Assembly (NCBI GenBank): GCA_013265495.1
Contig: MU058718.1
Location: forward strand, 1,798,001-1,862,000
Source of the DNA: Vicugna vicugna
Lineage: Eukaryota
Reading direction: 5' to 3'
DNA length: 64,000 nt
The notes under the pieces are model-generated. The model was not told the DNA's origin. It did no database searches and saw nothing but the letters and a program-made list of their open reading frames with translations. The translations under genes and the position numbers were made by a program. Positions 25,612-38,656 of this stretch are shown piece after piece. Within the stretch, counting starts at the first letter, position 1; every line of letters begins with the position of its first letter.

Positions 25612-26054
25612 AAAATATAAGAATTTCCAGTTTATCCCTAACTACTGTATATAAAATAAACAACAAATTTATACTGTATAGCAGAGGATACTATATTCAA
25701 TATCTTGTAGTAATCTATAATGAAAAAGTATTTTCGTTTAAAAAATTTTTCATGAAAAAAATTTTTTGAAGATGACACTAGCATTTATTAAAAACAACAA
25801 ATCGAACTAATAAAAACCATGGGTGACACCAAAGCTCACAGCAGGCGTTGAGTGAGTCTTCACTGATCGCAAAAATGAATTAGAAAATGTGTTTTAATGT
25901 ATATAGGGAGTGGACACCATCGCTCCCATATCTTCTCATACACATACAAATATATGTATGTATACGTATAACTGAACTATTATGCTGTACACCAGAAATT
26001 GAAACAATATTGCAAACTGACTATACTTCAATTTAAAAAAGTAAAATATAAGAA
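25612..26054 (+). mobile_element. Young L1 3' end with 12-bp TSD, short 5' inversion and internal foreign insert
   Basis: AAAATATAAGAA at 25612-25623 and 26043-26054; L1 terminus tgctgtacaccagaaattga...tatacttcaatttaaaaaa. Confidence 0.82.
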
Positions 26055-26880
26055 ATATCAAATTATGAATTGGTGGACATATTATGACAGTGTTCTTAAT
26101 CTGTTGCTTCCACAAACATTGCTAAATGTGGTATACCTCAGGCACTGTACTAAGACTGTGTTTGTTGCTAGTGATACAAAATTATCAAAATATAGTCCCT
26201 GCCTTACAGAGTTTATGTATTCCTGAGGTATATAGGTTTGACTTTTTTTTTAGAGCTCACTTTCACCAAGCATACCTCAGTTACAGAAATGAAATAACCA
26301 TATTGATTTGAGCATCACAGTCAGAAAAAACCTCTTTGATTTCTTTTTAAAACATCTTTCAACCTTGGAGTTCCGTTATAGTGAACAATAACCAGTGGTA
26401 ACTGGTTTTAATATCCCCAAAATACCTTATATTCCAGTAAATTAGATTATTCTATTCCCAGTTTAAAGGTAAATTTTTTTCGTCTAAGTCTTGTCTGGTA
26501 CTGAGTGAAATTTTCACAGACTGAAAAATAAAGTCAACAAAAGAAATGGAACTTAAGTTTCTATGTCACAGGTATTGGAGACTTTCATGAAGGTGTATAT
26601 CCCTAATACCTAAGGAATGGTCACATCACCTGGGAAAGCAGTTCTTTAATAATCAAAACACATTAACTATAGAGGTTAAAATTGTAGTAGTTAAGCCATT
26701 TTATTTCATGTTGTTTCTAAGTCCCTATACATTTCTTGTTTCACATAAATATATGTTTCAATGAAGTAGTTTTTTTATTGAACTGAGTTCAAATATTGAT
26801 TCAAAAATCTGTGTGTTAAAATTTTCACTCAAATGAAGTTTGTCTTGGACCTTCAAATTAGTTTTTCTTTTTTGCAACAG

Positions 26881-27009
26881 CTATTCATAGTTTCAAGTTG
26901 AGTCGAAACCATGTGGACTGGCACAGTGTGGATGAAGTATATCTTTATAGTGATGCAACAACATCTAAAATTGCAAGAACAGTTACTCAAAAACTGGGAT
27001 TTTCTAAAG
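26881..27009 (+). CDS. DDHD1: DDHD1 coding exon 3 (129 nt)
   Basis: tttgcaacag|CT...AAAG|gtaatt; AIHSFKLSRNHVDWHSVDEVYLYSDATTSKIARTVTQKLGFSK. Confidence 0.97.
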
Positions 27010-28090
27010 GTAATTGTTAAATATTACTTGAGTTTGTCAAAATTTTGGGAATCTGACGTTCTCTCATATTCAAGATAGATTATTCAACTTTCATTTCTAG
27101 TATATTTTAAATATATATTAAATTTAGTGACAGTTACTACCCTGTTAAGCTAACTTTTATTAAGGTGATTGAGTTGACATGTATTCGTTAATGAATAATT
27201 ATATATTTAGAATGATCTGACAAGATTAATAAATAACTTTTTTACTTCTAAAAGCACAAAGCAGTCAAACCTGAGGCAGTGATGTGTGATAAAATATGAC
27301 AGTTGAAACATAGTGTCAGGGAAGATGAAGAAGGGAAATTTTTCATTGGATTTAGTGAAATGTGGGTCATTGGTGACTTAGATGGATTGCTGGGGCAGAG
27401 CCACATTGGCATGGGGTTGAAGTCTAAGTAAAAGGTGAAGAAATGGAGGCAGTGAGAATAGACAGCTCTTTAAAGAAGTTTGACTTAAAGAAAAGAAGGA
27501 ATGGTATGGTACCTGGAGAAGTTGTGAAAGAATTATCAAAAAATAATTTTTTTCAAAACTTTTTGTGAAGTCTGATAATTTTTATACTGTCTCGTTTTTC
27601 ATTCTTTGATAATAGATGTTCTTGAATATCTATTTATATGTTATGTTTATTAGTCAGTTGTTTTGTGAGTTACCTTCTATCTTTAGCCCATTTTGCTATT
27701 TGGCTAGTTGTCGTTTCACTTTTTGATTAGTAAGCTCTTTTTTTGTACTTAGGTAGCTACCTTATTGTACGTCATATTTTGCAAAATATTTCCCAGTGTG
27801 TCATTCATCTTTTATCTTTGCTCTGTGATACTTTTTTTTATAGAGAAGTTTTTAATTTTTATGTGTTCAGTTCATCCGTTTTCCCTTCCTTTTGCCTTGT
27901 GGTTTCTGGTTCTACTGTCATGTTCAGTTCAGCACTTTATATCAGAGCTGATCAATATGTATCTTACAAGTTATATCCCTCCCCAACCCAGTGAAATTTG
28001 TTCATAATATTCCTTTTATTTCTTACAATATATTGTGAAAATGCTATTTCTATAATAAATAATAAATTTAGAATCATAATTTTTCTATAG

Positions 28091-28238
28091 CATCAAGTAG
28101 TGGGACCAGACTTCATAGAGGTTATGTAGAAGAAGCCACATTAGAAGACAAGCCATCGCAGACTACCCATATTGTATTTGTTGTGCATGGCATCGGGCAG
28201 AAAATGGACCAAGGAAGAATTATCAAAAATACAGCCAT
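28091..28238 (+). CDS. DDHD1: DDHD1 coding exon 4 (148 nt)
   Basis: ttctatag|CA...GCCAT|gtgagt; ASSSGTRLHRGYVEEATLEDKPSQTTHIVFVVHGIGQKMDQGRIIKNTAM, including the family HGIG motif. Confidence 0.97.
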
Positions 28239-28916
28239 GTGAGTTCTTTGGTGAATGCATTCTCCATCTAGTCAGAATTCATACTTTTGTTTCCAGAGGA
28301 TAATAGAGTTTAATCACTACACCACATGTTTCTTCTGTGCCAACTAGTCTACTATTTCTTAAGTTAATGTGTGAAGTTTCTGGACCAAATTTTGAGAGTT
28401 ATTATGTCTAGATGATGTTACTGATGTTTATTTGATTTTTTACCCCTACAACATGGAGAAGAGGAGGGAAAGGAAAGCCTTTTTAGCTTAATACATTGCT
28501 CATATACATTAAACTGAGGCTGAACGGAAAAAAAAAAATCTAGTTTTAAGTTTGTATCTTACTCTCTAAATGGCAGATACTGAGAATACCACAAAGTCAC
28601 ATAATTCTGAGAAAACTAAGAATTGTTTAAGTTGCCAGTTAGCAGCTTAACCTGTCCAATTAATTACAACCAGAGAAACTGAACTCTAAATTTTACACAG
28701 AGAACAGCGGATGCTTTACCAACACACCAGGCAGGTTATTTACCTCATTTATTTATATGTATTTCAGCTTTATTCTAAAAATATATATAATATGTTGTGG
28801 GGAGAGGTGTTTGTGAGTGTTTCATAAATGTTTAGGATTCTGTTAAAAGGAAATTTTAGGGTTAAGGTTTCCACCACAAATTTGGCTCTAGCAACCAGTA
28901 TAAAGAAAAATCTGAT

Positions 28917-29078
28917 GGGGGGAGGATATAGCTCAAGTGGTAGAATGCATGCTTAGCATGCACGAGGTCCTGGATTCAATCCCCAGTAGCTCCTCTAAAA
29001 ATAAATAAACCTAGTTACCCTTCCCAAAATAAAAAATAATTAAGTAATACAATAATAAATAAATAAAATATTTTTAGA
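28917..29078 (+). mobile_element. tRNA-derived SINE (Vic-1-like) with 15-bp TSD
   Basis: ggggaggatatagctcaagtggtagaatgcatgcttagcatgcacgaggtcctgg; flanks AAAGAAAAATCTGAT / AAAGGAAAATCCGAT. Confidence 0.9.
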
Positions 29079-30744
29079 AAAGGAAAATCCGATCAGATTT
29101 ATGACATGATGAGAACAAATGAGTTCATTGGTGAAAGCACAGTTTATCAGGTTCTGAACTTCAAATTTATTTTGCAACATCTCTATAATAATTCAGTGTT
29201 GAGTTTTGAGTTTTGTCTCACTTTTTATTAAAACACCTCTTAAAGCCAGCTGATGGATTAAAGTAAAAATACAATTCAATTAAAAAAAAATCTTTGTCAG
29301 ATCCTGCCTGGCCACCCTAATTCTTGTCAGACAAATAGCTTATATTACAGAAATCTCTCCCTCTGATTCTGATTTTATTTTCTGATGATTTGCACATTAC
29401 TTCCCACACTATTTAACTTTTTATGTCAAGATGCTAATCTTTTGCTTGGATATCTGGGAACCTGAGAAGTAGGTTTAATGACATATTCTCACTGGAGCTG
29501 TTGATAAATGGGAAGGTATCAAGTTGATTTCTTTGGCTGCAAGTGAGGGAAAACTTAACCCGGAAGGATTTAGTACCCATAAAACTGGGAAGACTAACTC
29601 TAAGATTTGCCAAACAAGTCGTCAGAATCCAGTTTCTATCTGCTCTATCCTGCTTCATTTTTGAGCTATTTTCAGACATCTCCTGTGGCTCTAGATATGG
29701 TTTATATTATCTTGTGTTCAAGTTCAAAAAGGAAGAATAAGTCTTTTTTTTGCCCAGAAGTCCCTACTAGTCAATGCATTTCAGTGACTGATGGTGTCAC
29801 ATCCAACTGCCTGATCTGTACATGTCCTGATACGATCAGCCAAACTCATCATCTTCTCACCCTAGAGTCAGTTGGAAGTTGGCTTCATCATAACCATAGG
29901 GAGAGGTAGAGCCACAGATAAAAATCAAGAGCTATTATTGGAAGTAGGTTGAATGAATACAAGGTGGCTCAAAAAAAAAAAAACAAAAAACAGTGTTCAC
30001 TACAGGGAAGATTGCCATCATTCCTTCAGAGACAGGTTTAACTTGATGAGAAACTCGTCATATTAAGTTAGTGACTGATGGAAAATAAATAAAGGAATTC
30101 TGCTCAATAACAGATGGGAAAGTCTAGAGGATTCCTACCCTTCCCCATGCCTTCTACCATTCCTAAGTTAGTTGTCTAGGACTTTAAAGAAAGTACAATT
30201 AGCTTCAACCTTGTTAGTGCCATTCTGAAGCTTGTTTTTACTTGTGTTTTGATTTGTGAGACTGCTGTTGAAAAGAGCAACGTGGAATCAGGGGTTACCA
30301 CACTCCACTTCTTTGGCAACCTTTTGTTCTCTAAGGATCTCTTGAAATCATGTCTCAAATGCCTGGAAATAGAGGTTTTTGCCCCTCTCACCTTATTTTA
30401 GTGAATATGCTAATGAATTCAAACTGATTTTAATCTATTTTGTTCCAGCAAAATATGTTTATTATTTTATATGGATTGAGAAAAAAGTTTATAGACAACT
30501 TCTAGGAATATCAGAATTTGTTTACTAAAATGGATGAATGTATTTTAAATAGGATTTATTTTTTGTGACATTTTATTGCAAGGAAAATTTTCATTGATCT
30601 TATATATCCAATGTAATAAATTCATAATTTTAAGGCTATAATTTTAGAAGAATATAAAGAGACATTTAGTTAAGCCTGGCAGATTTAACACAGAAGCTTA
30701 TTTTATTACCTCCTGAAACCTCACTGAGAATTTCATAACTTGCT

Positions 30745-32060
30745 ATAAATGTGTAGTAATCAGGACATTGTGGCACTGGCTGTCATAAAGATATATATCA
30801 ATGGAATAAAATTGAGAGTTCAGTTGATTTTCAACAAGACTGCCAAAATAATGCAATGAGGAAAGAATAGCCTTCTTAACAAATATTAGAATACCTCGAT
30901 ATCCACATGCAAAGGAATGAAGTTAAACCCCTGCCTTATATTACATACAAAAACTAATTCAAAATCAATTTAAGACCTAAATATAAAAATTAAAACTGTA
31001 AAACTCTTAGAAGAAAACATAGGAGTAAATTTTCATAACTTTGGATTAGGCATTGATTTCTGAAATACGACATTAAAAGTAGAAACCACTAAAGAAAAAA
31101 AGCTAAATTGGGCTTTGCCAAACTTTAAAACTTTTGTTTTTCAAAGGACACCATCAAGAAAGTGAAGACAACCCAAAAAATGGGAGAAAATATTTGCAAG
31201 TCATATGTCTTATAAGGGTCTAACATCTAGTTTATATTAAAAAACACTTATAATTCAATGATAAAAAAGAAATAACTCAATTTTTTAAATGGATGAGGAT
31301 TTGAATAAACATTTGTCCAGAGGAAATGAACAGATGGCTCATAAGCACGTGAAAAGATGCTCAGTGTTATTAGTCATTAGGGGAATGTAATTCAAAACCA
31401 CAGAGAGATACTGCTTCATACCCACTAGGGTGACTCTTATCAAAAAGATGGAAAATAGCAAGTAGTAGCAAGGATGTGGAAAAATTAGGCTCCTCCTGTG
31501 TTGTTGCTGATGAGATTGTAAAATAGTACAGCTGCTTTGGAAAGCAGTTTGGTACCTCCTCAAAAAAGTTAAAGGTGGAGTTAGCATATGAGCCAGCAGT
31601 TCCACTTCTGGGTGTATATCCAAGAGAGTTGAAAGCATATATCTATACAAAAACTTTTTAATATTCATAGCAGCATTATTTATAATAGCCAAAAAAATTG
31701 AAACAGTCTAAATGTCCATCAGCTGGTGAATGGATAAACAAAAGTGGTCTATTCATACAGCAGAATATTATTCAGCCATAAAAAGCAAAGAAGTACTGAT
31801 TCATGATACGACATGAATGAACATTGAAATATGGTGCTAAATGAAAGAAGCCAGACACAGATGCCATATATAATAGATTCCACTTACCTGAAATATCTAA
31901 AATAAGCAAATCCATAGACACAGAAAGTAGATTCATGGTGCCAGAACCTGGAGGGAGGAGATATGGGGCGTGACTACCATGGGTATGGTGTTTCTTATGG
32001 GAGTGAATTTAGTGGTGATGATTGTACAATTCTGTTATATACTGAAAGCCACTGTTGTTT
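30745..32060 (+). mobile_element. L1MB-like ORF2 3' end and 3'UTR
   Basis: aaactcttagaagaaaacatagg...aaatgtccatcagctggtgaatggataaacaaa; many stops. Confidence 0.88.
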
Positions 32061-32089
32061 TTTTTTTAAAAAAAGAAAGAAAAGCTAGT

Positions 32090-33245
32090 GAGATTGTGTC
32101 AAAAAGACGTAGAAGCCAGTTTGAAGAGACTCACTGACTGAAAAAGGAAACAATTTGAGCATCAGTAAGGATAATAACTACAGTGGGTTGGAATACTTCA
32201 AATATGTTTAAATCTATGAGTAATGATGTCAAAAAATATAAAACCTCTAGCAACTCAGTATTTTGAAAATTATCAATAAAAAGGAAGAATTAACCATTTA
32301 TCTTGCCTTTTCTCAATTCATACAGAAACTGTGTATTGCAAGGCAGCCAGTGTTTGATGTGAGGAAATTTCTCTTTCCAGAAACATAAGGAATGATGGGA
32401 TTTCAAAAGCATTCTTTTGCAAGCATAGGAAATTAATGGATCTAAGCAATGATTATAACTGCTAGTATCACCAAAAAGAGAGAAAACCAGGTGTATGTAC
32501 ACCTGGTTGATGCCAAAACAGGACAACTTGAATCTGATGAGGCCCCAGTATCTCACTGATAAATAGGGAACAAAGAATATGTTCAATAACACCATGGGCA
32601 TGCAGTCATTAAAGATCAGACTCTGAGAAACTCCACAGGATACAAAAAGAATTACAAAGCCAAAAAAGAAAGGGATTTTTAGATTGAAAGACACTTAAGA
32701 GAGAGATCTACCAATTGGCAATGCATGAGCTGCATTTGGAGCTCAATTCAAAAGTGTAAAAATATTTTTATGTTATTAAAGATAACATTTATAGTCTAAC
32801 TGGTAAAATGAGATTGCTAAACTATATATTTGCATAAATTAAAGAATTATTAACTTTTTAGATATGCTAATAGTATTGAATAGGTTATGTTTTCCTTACA
32901 TTTTAGAAATATAGACTAAGCTATCTACATTTGTAATATCTGGGATTTGCTTTAAAATATGAGTGAAGGGTGCTACCAAACCATTAAGGGATAGCATGAG
33001 GGAGTTTTCTAGATGATAGAAGTATTCTGTTCCTTCATTATGGCGGGCTAACCATAAATCTGTGTGGCACCAAAAAGGAAAAAAAGTCAATTTTGCTGTA
33101 CCTTAGTTTTTGAAATAAAATTTAAAAATCTATACGTTGAGGACAACCAGTAGAGGAATAAATGAAATAAGACAGGTGACGATATGCTAACATTTGGAGC
33201 TGGGTGATAGCACCAGGGATATTTTATTATACTATTCTCTCTACT
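32090..33245 (+). mobile_element. Old L1MC/MD-like 3' fragments
   Basis: gaaacaatttgagcatcagtaaggataataact...tattctctctact. Confidence 0.6.
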
Positions 33246-33515
33246 GAGGATTTATACATGTAATTCTTTAGAATATAGTATGGAAGCTTGGAATATTTGA
33301 AATAATAGACGGCAAACTTAGGAAAATAGCTTTGAAATGAAGATGTCTTAGTATTGCAAACTGTTGCATAGTATAGCAGTAGTTGAAACAAAATTGGACA
33401 AAGCTATAAGCAAATGGAAGTGTTACAATTAAAGACATTTTATACCATGTTAATACATATGTGAAATTATTCTGGTAAGATTTTGTTTTGTTTTATTTTT
33501 GTTTTGTTTTTTTAG

Positions 33516-33622
33516 GATGAGGGAGGCTGCAAGAAAAATAGAAGAAAGGCATTTTTCCAACCATGCAACACATGTTGAATTTCTGCCTGTTGAGTGGCGG
33601 TCAAAACTTACTCTGGATGGAG
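33516..33622 (+). CDS. DDHD1: DDHD1 coding exon 5 (107 nt)
   Basis: ttttag|G...GGAG|gtacat; MREAARKIEERHFSNHATHVEFLPVEWRSKLTLDG. Confidence 0.97.
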
Positions 33623-34169
33623 GTACATTTTGTTTAAAAATTGAATGATTTAGTCACTGACAACAAAGTGTCGCTCATTGGGAATGAAGTGTCTTTGTGT
33701 TAAGGTATACTCTTGTTCTAGATTATTAAAGAAAATAAAGTCCATTGACTTTCTAAAATAATTACATCAACTTAGGTCATTTGGATTACCATATAGATTT
33801 CACAGATAGCATAGTTTTCATGCATGCCCTCTGTGGATTGGGGTGGGAGGTGGGGGGAGTTTTTGACAGAAAAGTGACTTGTCAATATTTTTTAAGACAT
33901 TTGTTGTCCACAATTTCATATGATCTTACATTTTCTTCCTAATAATTTTCTTCCCTTATATTTGGAAGATAAAAATCTCAGGATTTTGGTTTTATTGTTG
34001 TACCTGCATTCCTTGGGCTGGTGAATTATAATCTAGCATAAAGAAATTCTATAATATATGCGTCTTTCTTTATGCAAAACTCTGTCCTTTGAATGTTAAA
34101 ACCATTAAAATAGAATGTTTAGGTTGATTATTTACATAATGTGAAGAATGAGAGAGTTGTACTGGACAT

Positions 34170-34400
34170 AGTAGCAGCTGCTGTTTGTGGAGCCTTTACT
34201 GTGTGCCCGGTTCTCTGCAGTTTGTTTTACATAGAGTATCTCATTTAATTTTCTCACAGATCTATGAAATACATACTTTATTTTCTCTGTTTTGCTAATA
34301 AGGAGACTGAAACTCAGTAAAATGTGAATTTAACTAAGAATGGCAGATAGAGTCTAGGTCTGCACAATGCCAGAGCCTGTGTTCATCACAGTGCTGAACT
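34170..34400 (-). mobile_element. MIR SINE
   Basis: tactgtgtgcccgg...tctcatttaatt...taaggagactgaaactcag. Confidence 0.7.
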
Positions 34401-34762
34401 GCCCCCGCCCCCCGGATGATTTCCAGGGTTTCTTCCTAGTCTGTGATTCTGCCTCATGGTCAGTTAGGAATGTCAGTTATAGCTTATAAACCAAAATGAC
34501 ACCTAAAGTTGTAATGAGCTTTTTAAAAAGAATGCTAGTGACCAAAGAAGGCTTCTCAGCAGCAACAGCTCACACGTAAAGTTCTGGGGTAATAGCGCTG
34601 TCTTTGAGCTTTTCCCATCCACCCAGATAAGTTTTTTAGGCTGCTCAGGAACGTAGATAACATGGATGAATTAACATTTAATAAAACCCCTGAGTCTATA
34701 ATTTTCTGTTATGTTTAAACTACTGCAATAGATTCTTAAAGGCTTTATGCTGAGTGAAAGAG

Positions 34763-35838
34763 GTTAAAGGAAGAACACCACTGTCTGTTTCTGTTCTCAA
34801 CACTTCTTATACCAAATGTGTTGGGGATTTTCCCCATACCAACCAAATCTTTAGTTCTTGATAGACATCAGTGGGGTAGCCTACAGTTTAACTCTTTTCC
34901 TATACCAGCTGCCCAGAGATAATATAGACAGGTTAAGGTCTCAGTGCCACAGGACTGCCCCCCACTTCAGATGCTGCTCACAAGTTCTAGATTGTCCCCT
35001 GTAGTCGTGACTGACTGGCTATAAATTGGGGAGTCCCATTACTCCATCTTGAGATTCAGTAATTTATCAGAACAACTCGCAAAATTCGGGGAAACATTTA
35101 TAGTTGACCCTTGAACAATGTGGGCATTAGGGGCACTGACATCCCCCTACCCCAGTCAAAAATCCAAGTATAACTTATATTCTGACCCTGTATTCACAGT
35201 TCCTCATCTGCAGAGTCAACCAACTGCAGATGGCCTAATACACTGTAGTATGTATTTATCAAAAAAAAAATCTACATATAAGTGGATCCTCAGAGTTCAA
35301 ACCCATGTTGTTCAAGGATTAACTGTACCTACATTTACTGGTTTAAATTACATTTACTAGTTTAAAGGATATCACGAAGTATACAGATGAAGAGCTACAT
35401 GGGGCAAGGTATAGGGAAGGGGTGCAGAGATTTGTCCCCTTCAAGTACACACCCTTCCAGTACCTCCATTTGTTCAACAACCTGGAAGCTCTTCAAACGC
35501 TGTTTATTTAGGGGTTTTATGGAGGTTCCATCATGTAGGCATAATTGATTAAATCACTGGCCATTGGCAGTTGAGCTTAACCTCTAGCCCCTGTCCCCTT
35601 TCCAGAGATTAGGGGATGGGGCAGAAAGTTCAAAATTGGTTCCTCTGGCAACCAGCCCCCATTCTCCAAGAGTCACGTCATTAGCATAAACTCAGGTATG
35701 ATTGACCAAGTCTCATGAATAATAAAAGACATTTGTTTTACCCCTATCACTCAGCGACTTAAAAGGGTTTTTGGAACCCAGTGCCAGAACCAGGGGCAAA
35801 GACCAAATGTGTATTTCTTCTTATATCACAATATCACA
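34763..35838 (-). mobile_element. MER21-like LTR, interrupted by MER8 and nested in old L1ME
   Basis: Terminus atatcacaatatcaca; ccccacttcagatg; L1 motif atgctgagtgaaaga|...|agtcaatctcaaaggtta split around it. Confidence 0.8.
35101..35325 (+). mobile_element. MER8 (Tigger-derived MITE)
   Basis: TIRs tagttgacccttgaacaa / ttgttcaaggattaactg with TA flanks. Confidence 0.88.
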
Positions 35839-36216
35839 GAAGTCAATCTCAAAGGTTATATAATTTGTGCTTCCATTTCTATGGTATACTGGAAAAGACA
35901 AAGCTATAGGGACAGAGAACAGATCAGTGGTTGCCAGAGTTTGGGGGCAGGGGGAGTTGAATTCAAAAGGATAGCATGTGGGAGTTTTTTAGGGTGATGA
36001 AACAGTTCTGTATCTTGATCATGGTGGTAGTTAGGCAAAAGTATATATGCATTAAATTTTTTTATAGATTCTTTTGTATATTCTTTGTAGATAACCATAT
36101 GACCTGCAAATGAAAACAGATCTTTTCCATTTCTTAAAACTATTATTTGTTTTTCTTATTGTATTAAGTTGGCTAAGACTTCAAGTAGAATATATGTTAA
36201 AATAGTAGACATCCTA

Positions 36217-38225
36217 TAATAAAAGCTCTCCAGAAAGTGAGCATAGAGGGAACTCACCTCAGCATATATAGGCCATATGTGACAAGCCCACAGCTAACAT
36301 TATACTCAGTGGTGAAAAAACTGAAAACATTTCCTCTAAGATTAGGAACAAGACAAGGATGCCCACTCTTCCACTTCAATTCAACATAATTTTGGAAGTC
36401 CTAACCATAGCAATCAGAGAAGAAAAGGAAATAAAGGGAACCCAAATTGGAAAAGAAGTAAAACTGTCACTGTTTGCAGATGACATGATACTATATAAAG
36501 AAAATCCTAAAGAGGCTACCAGAAAACTACTAGAGCTCATCAATGAATTCAGTAAAGTTGCAGGATACAAAGTAGTATACCAAAATCTGTTGCATTTCTA
36601 TACACTGACAACAAACTGTCGAAAAAGAGAAATTAAGGAAACAATCCCATTTACCATCTCATCAAAAAGAGTTAAATACCTAGGAATAAACCTACCTAAG
36701 GAGGTAAAAGATCTGTACTCAGGAAACTATAAGACACTGATGAAAGAAAGTGAAGACGACAACCAACAGATAGAATGATATACCAGGTTCATGGATTGGA
36801 AGAATTAATATTGTTTAAATGATCATATTACTCAAGGCAATACACAGATCCAGTGCACAATGCCTATCAAAATACCAATGGCATTTTTCACAGAACTAGA
36901 ACAAATAATTTGAAAATGTATATGGAAACCCAAAAGACCCTGAATAGCCAAAACAATCTTGAGAAAGAACAACAGAGCTGGTAGAATCACACTCCCTGGC
37001 TTTATACTACAAAGCTACCATCATCAAAACCGTAAGATACTGGCACAAATACCAACACATAGATCAGTGGAAATGAATAGAGAGCCCAGTTATAGCACAT
37101 GCACTTATGGTCAACTAATCTACAACAGAGAAAGAAAGAATATACAATGGAGAAAAGACAGTCTCTTCAATAAGTGGTGCTGGGAAAACTGGAGAGCTGT
37201 CTGTAGAAGGATGAAATTATAACATTCTCTAACACCATATACAAAAATTAACTCAAAATGGATTAAAGACCTGAATGTAAAATCAGAAACCATAAACTCC
37301 TAGAAGAAAACATAAGTGGAACACTCTTTGACATAAACCATAACAATATTTTTTTGGATCTGTCTCCTAAAGCAAAGGAAATAAAAGCAAAAATAAACAC
37401 AGGAGACCTAAGTAAACTTAAAAGCTTTTGCACAGCAAAGGAAACCATCAACAGAATGAAAAGACAACCTGTACATATAATGTGAGAAAATATTTGCGTA
37501 AGATATGACCAATAAGGGATTAATATCCATCAGTTCATATAACTCAACATCAAGAAAAACAAACAACCCAATTAAAAAATGGTCAGAAAACCTGAATAAA
37601 TACTTTTCCAAATAAGATATACAGAGGGCCAACAGGCACATCAGAAGATGCTCAACATCATTAATCATCAAAGAAATGCAGATTAAAACCACAATGAGCT
37701 GTTATCTCACACCTTTCAGAATGGCTGTCATCAGTAAGAACACAAATAACAAACACTGGAGAGGGTATGGAGAAAAGGGAACTCTCATACACTGTTGGAG
37801 GGAATGTAAATTGGTGCAGCACTGTGGAAAATAGTATGGTGGGTGGTTTCTCAGACTAAAAATAGAACTATCATATGACCCAGCAGTTCCACTCCTTGGT
37901 ACATACCCAAAAACAACCTCACTAATTCAAAAAGATATGTATACCCCAGTGTTGATAGCAGCAGCATTTAACAGTAGCAAAGATATGAAAGCAACATAAG
38001 TGTTGCTAGTAGGGGAGGAACAAGTTTAGTGGGTAGGAGATTAAGAGGTATAAACTACTCTGTATGAAATAAAGAAGCTATGAGGATATATTGTATAGCA
38101 TAAGGATTATAGTCAATATTTTATAATAACTATAAATGGGATATTACCTTTTAAAATTGTGGATTACTATGGTGGACACCTGAAACCTACATAACAGTGT
38201 ACATCAACTATACCTCAATAAAATT
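36217..38225 (+). mobile_element. 5'-truncated L1 (RT C-terminal part of ORF2 and 3'UTR) inserted into an older antisense L1
   Basis: ORF 36359-36778 contains L1 RT motif [13 protein letters not shown] 36959-37222 has [11 protein letters not shown]; frameshifted and inactive. Confidence 0.95.
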
Positions 38226-38549
38226 TTTTTTTAACTTTTAAAAAAGAGAGATACCCCTAGCTTATTCCTGATTTAAAGGAAATGTTTTTAACCTTTCATC
38301 ACCAATGAGTGAAGTGATGTTTGTGGTAGGTAAATTGTCTTCATCACTATTTTTAAATATCTATAGTAAAAAATATATATAGTGAAATACATAGTAAAAT
38401 TTCAAGAAGAGAAGGTTCATTAGATTCATAGCTAGTCTTGAATATTTAAATGTTAACTTAAAACACTGTTGTTTCAGAGAATGTAATTTTTTTCACAATT
38501 TTTCCTCAAACAGATCTTCTGTAAGTTTAATTTTTTTTTTAATTTGTAG

Positions 38550-38656
38550 ACACTGTTGATTCCATTACTCCAGACAAAGTACGAGGTTTAAGGGATATGT
38601 TAAACAGCAGTGCAATGGACATAATGTATTATACTAGCCCACTTTATAGAGATGAA
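38550..38656 (+). CDS. DDHD1: DDHD1 coding exon 6 (107 nt)
   Basis: tttgtag|AC...GAA|gtaagt; DTVDSITPDKVRGLRDMLNSSAMDIMYYTSPLYRDE. Confidence 0.97.

Noticed and set aside
28917..28995. tRNA-like sequence (also at 14168 and 18382)
   Set aside because: A/B boxes are followed by SINE body and A-rich tail, with TSDs in two copies, so these are SINEs rather than tRNA genes.
36359..37222. Reverse-transcriptase-like ORFs
   Set aside because: Frameshifted fragments of a 5'-truncated L1 ORF2, not an active element or new gene.
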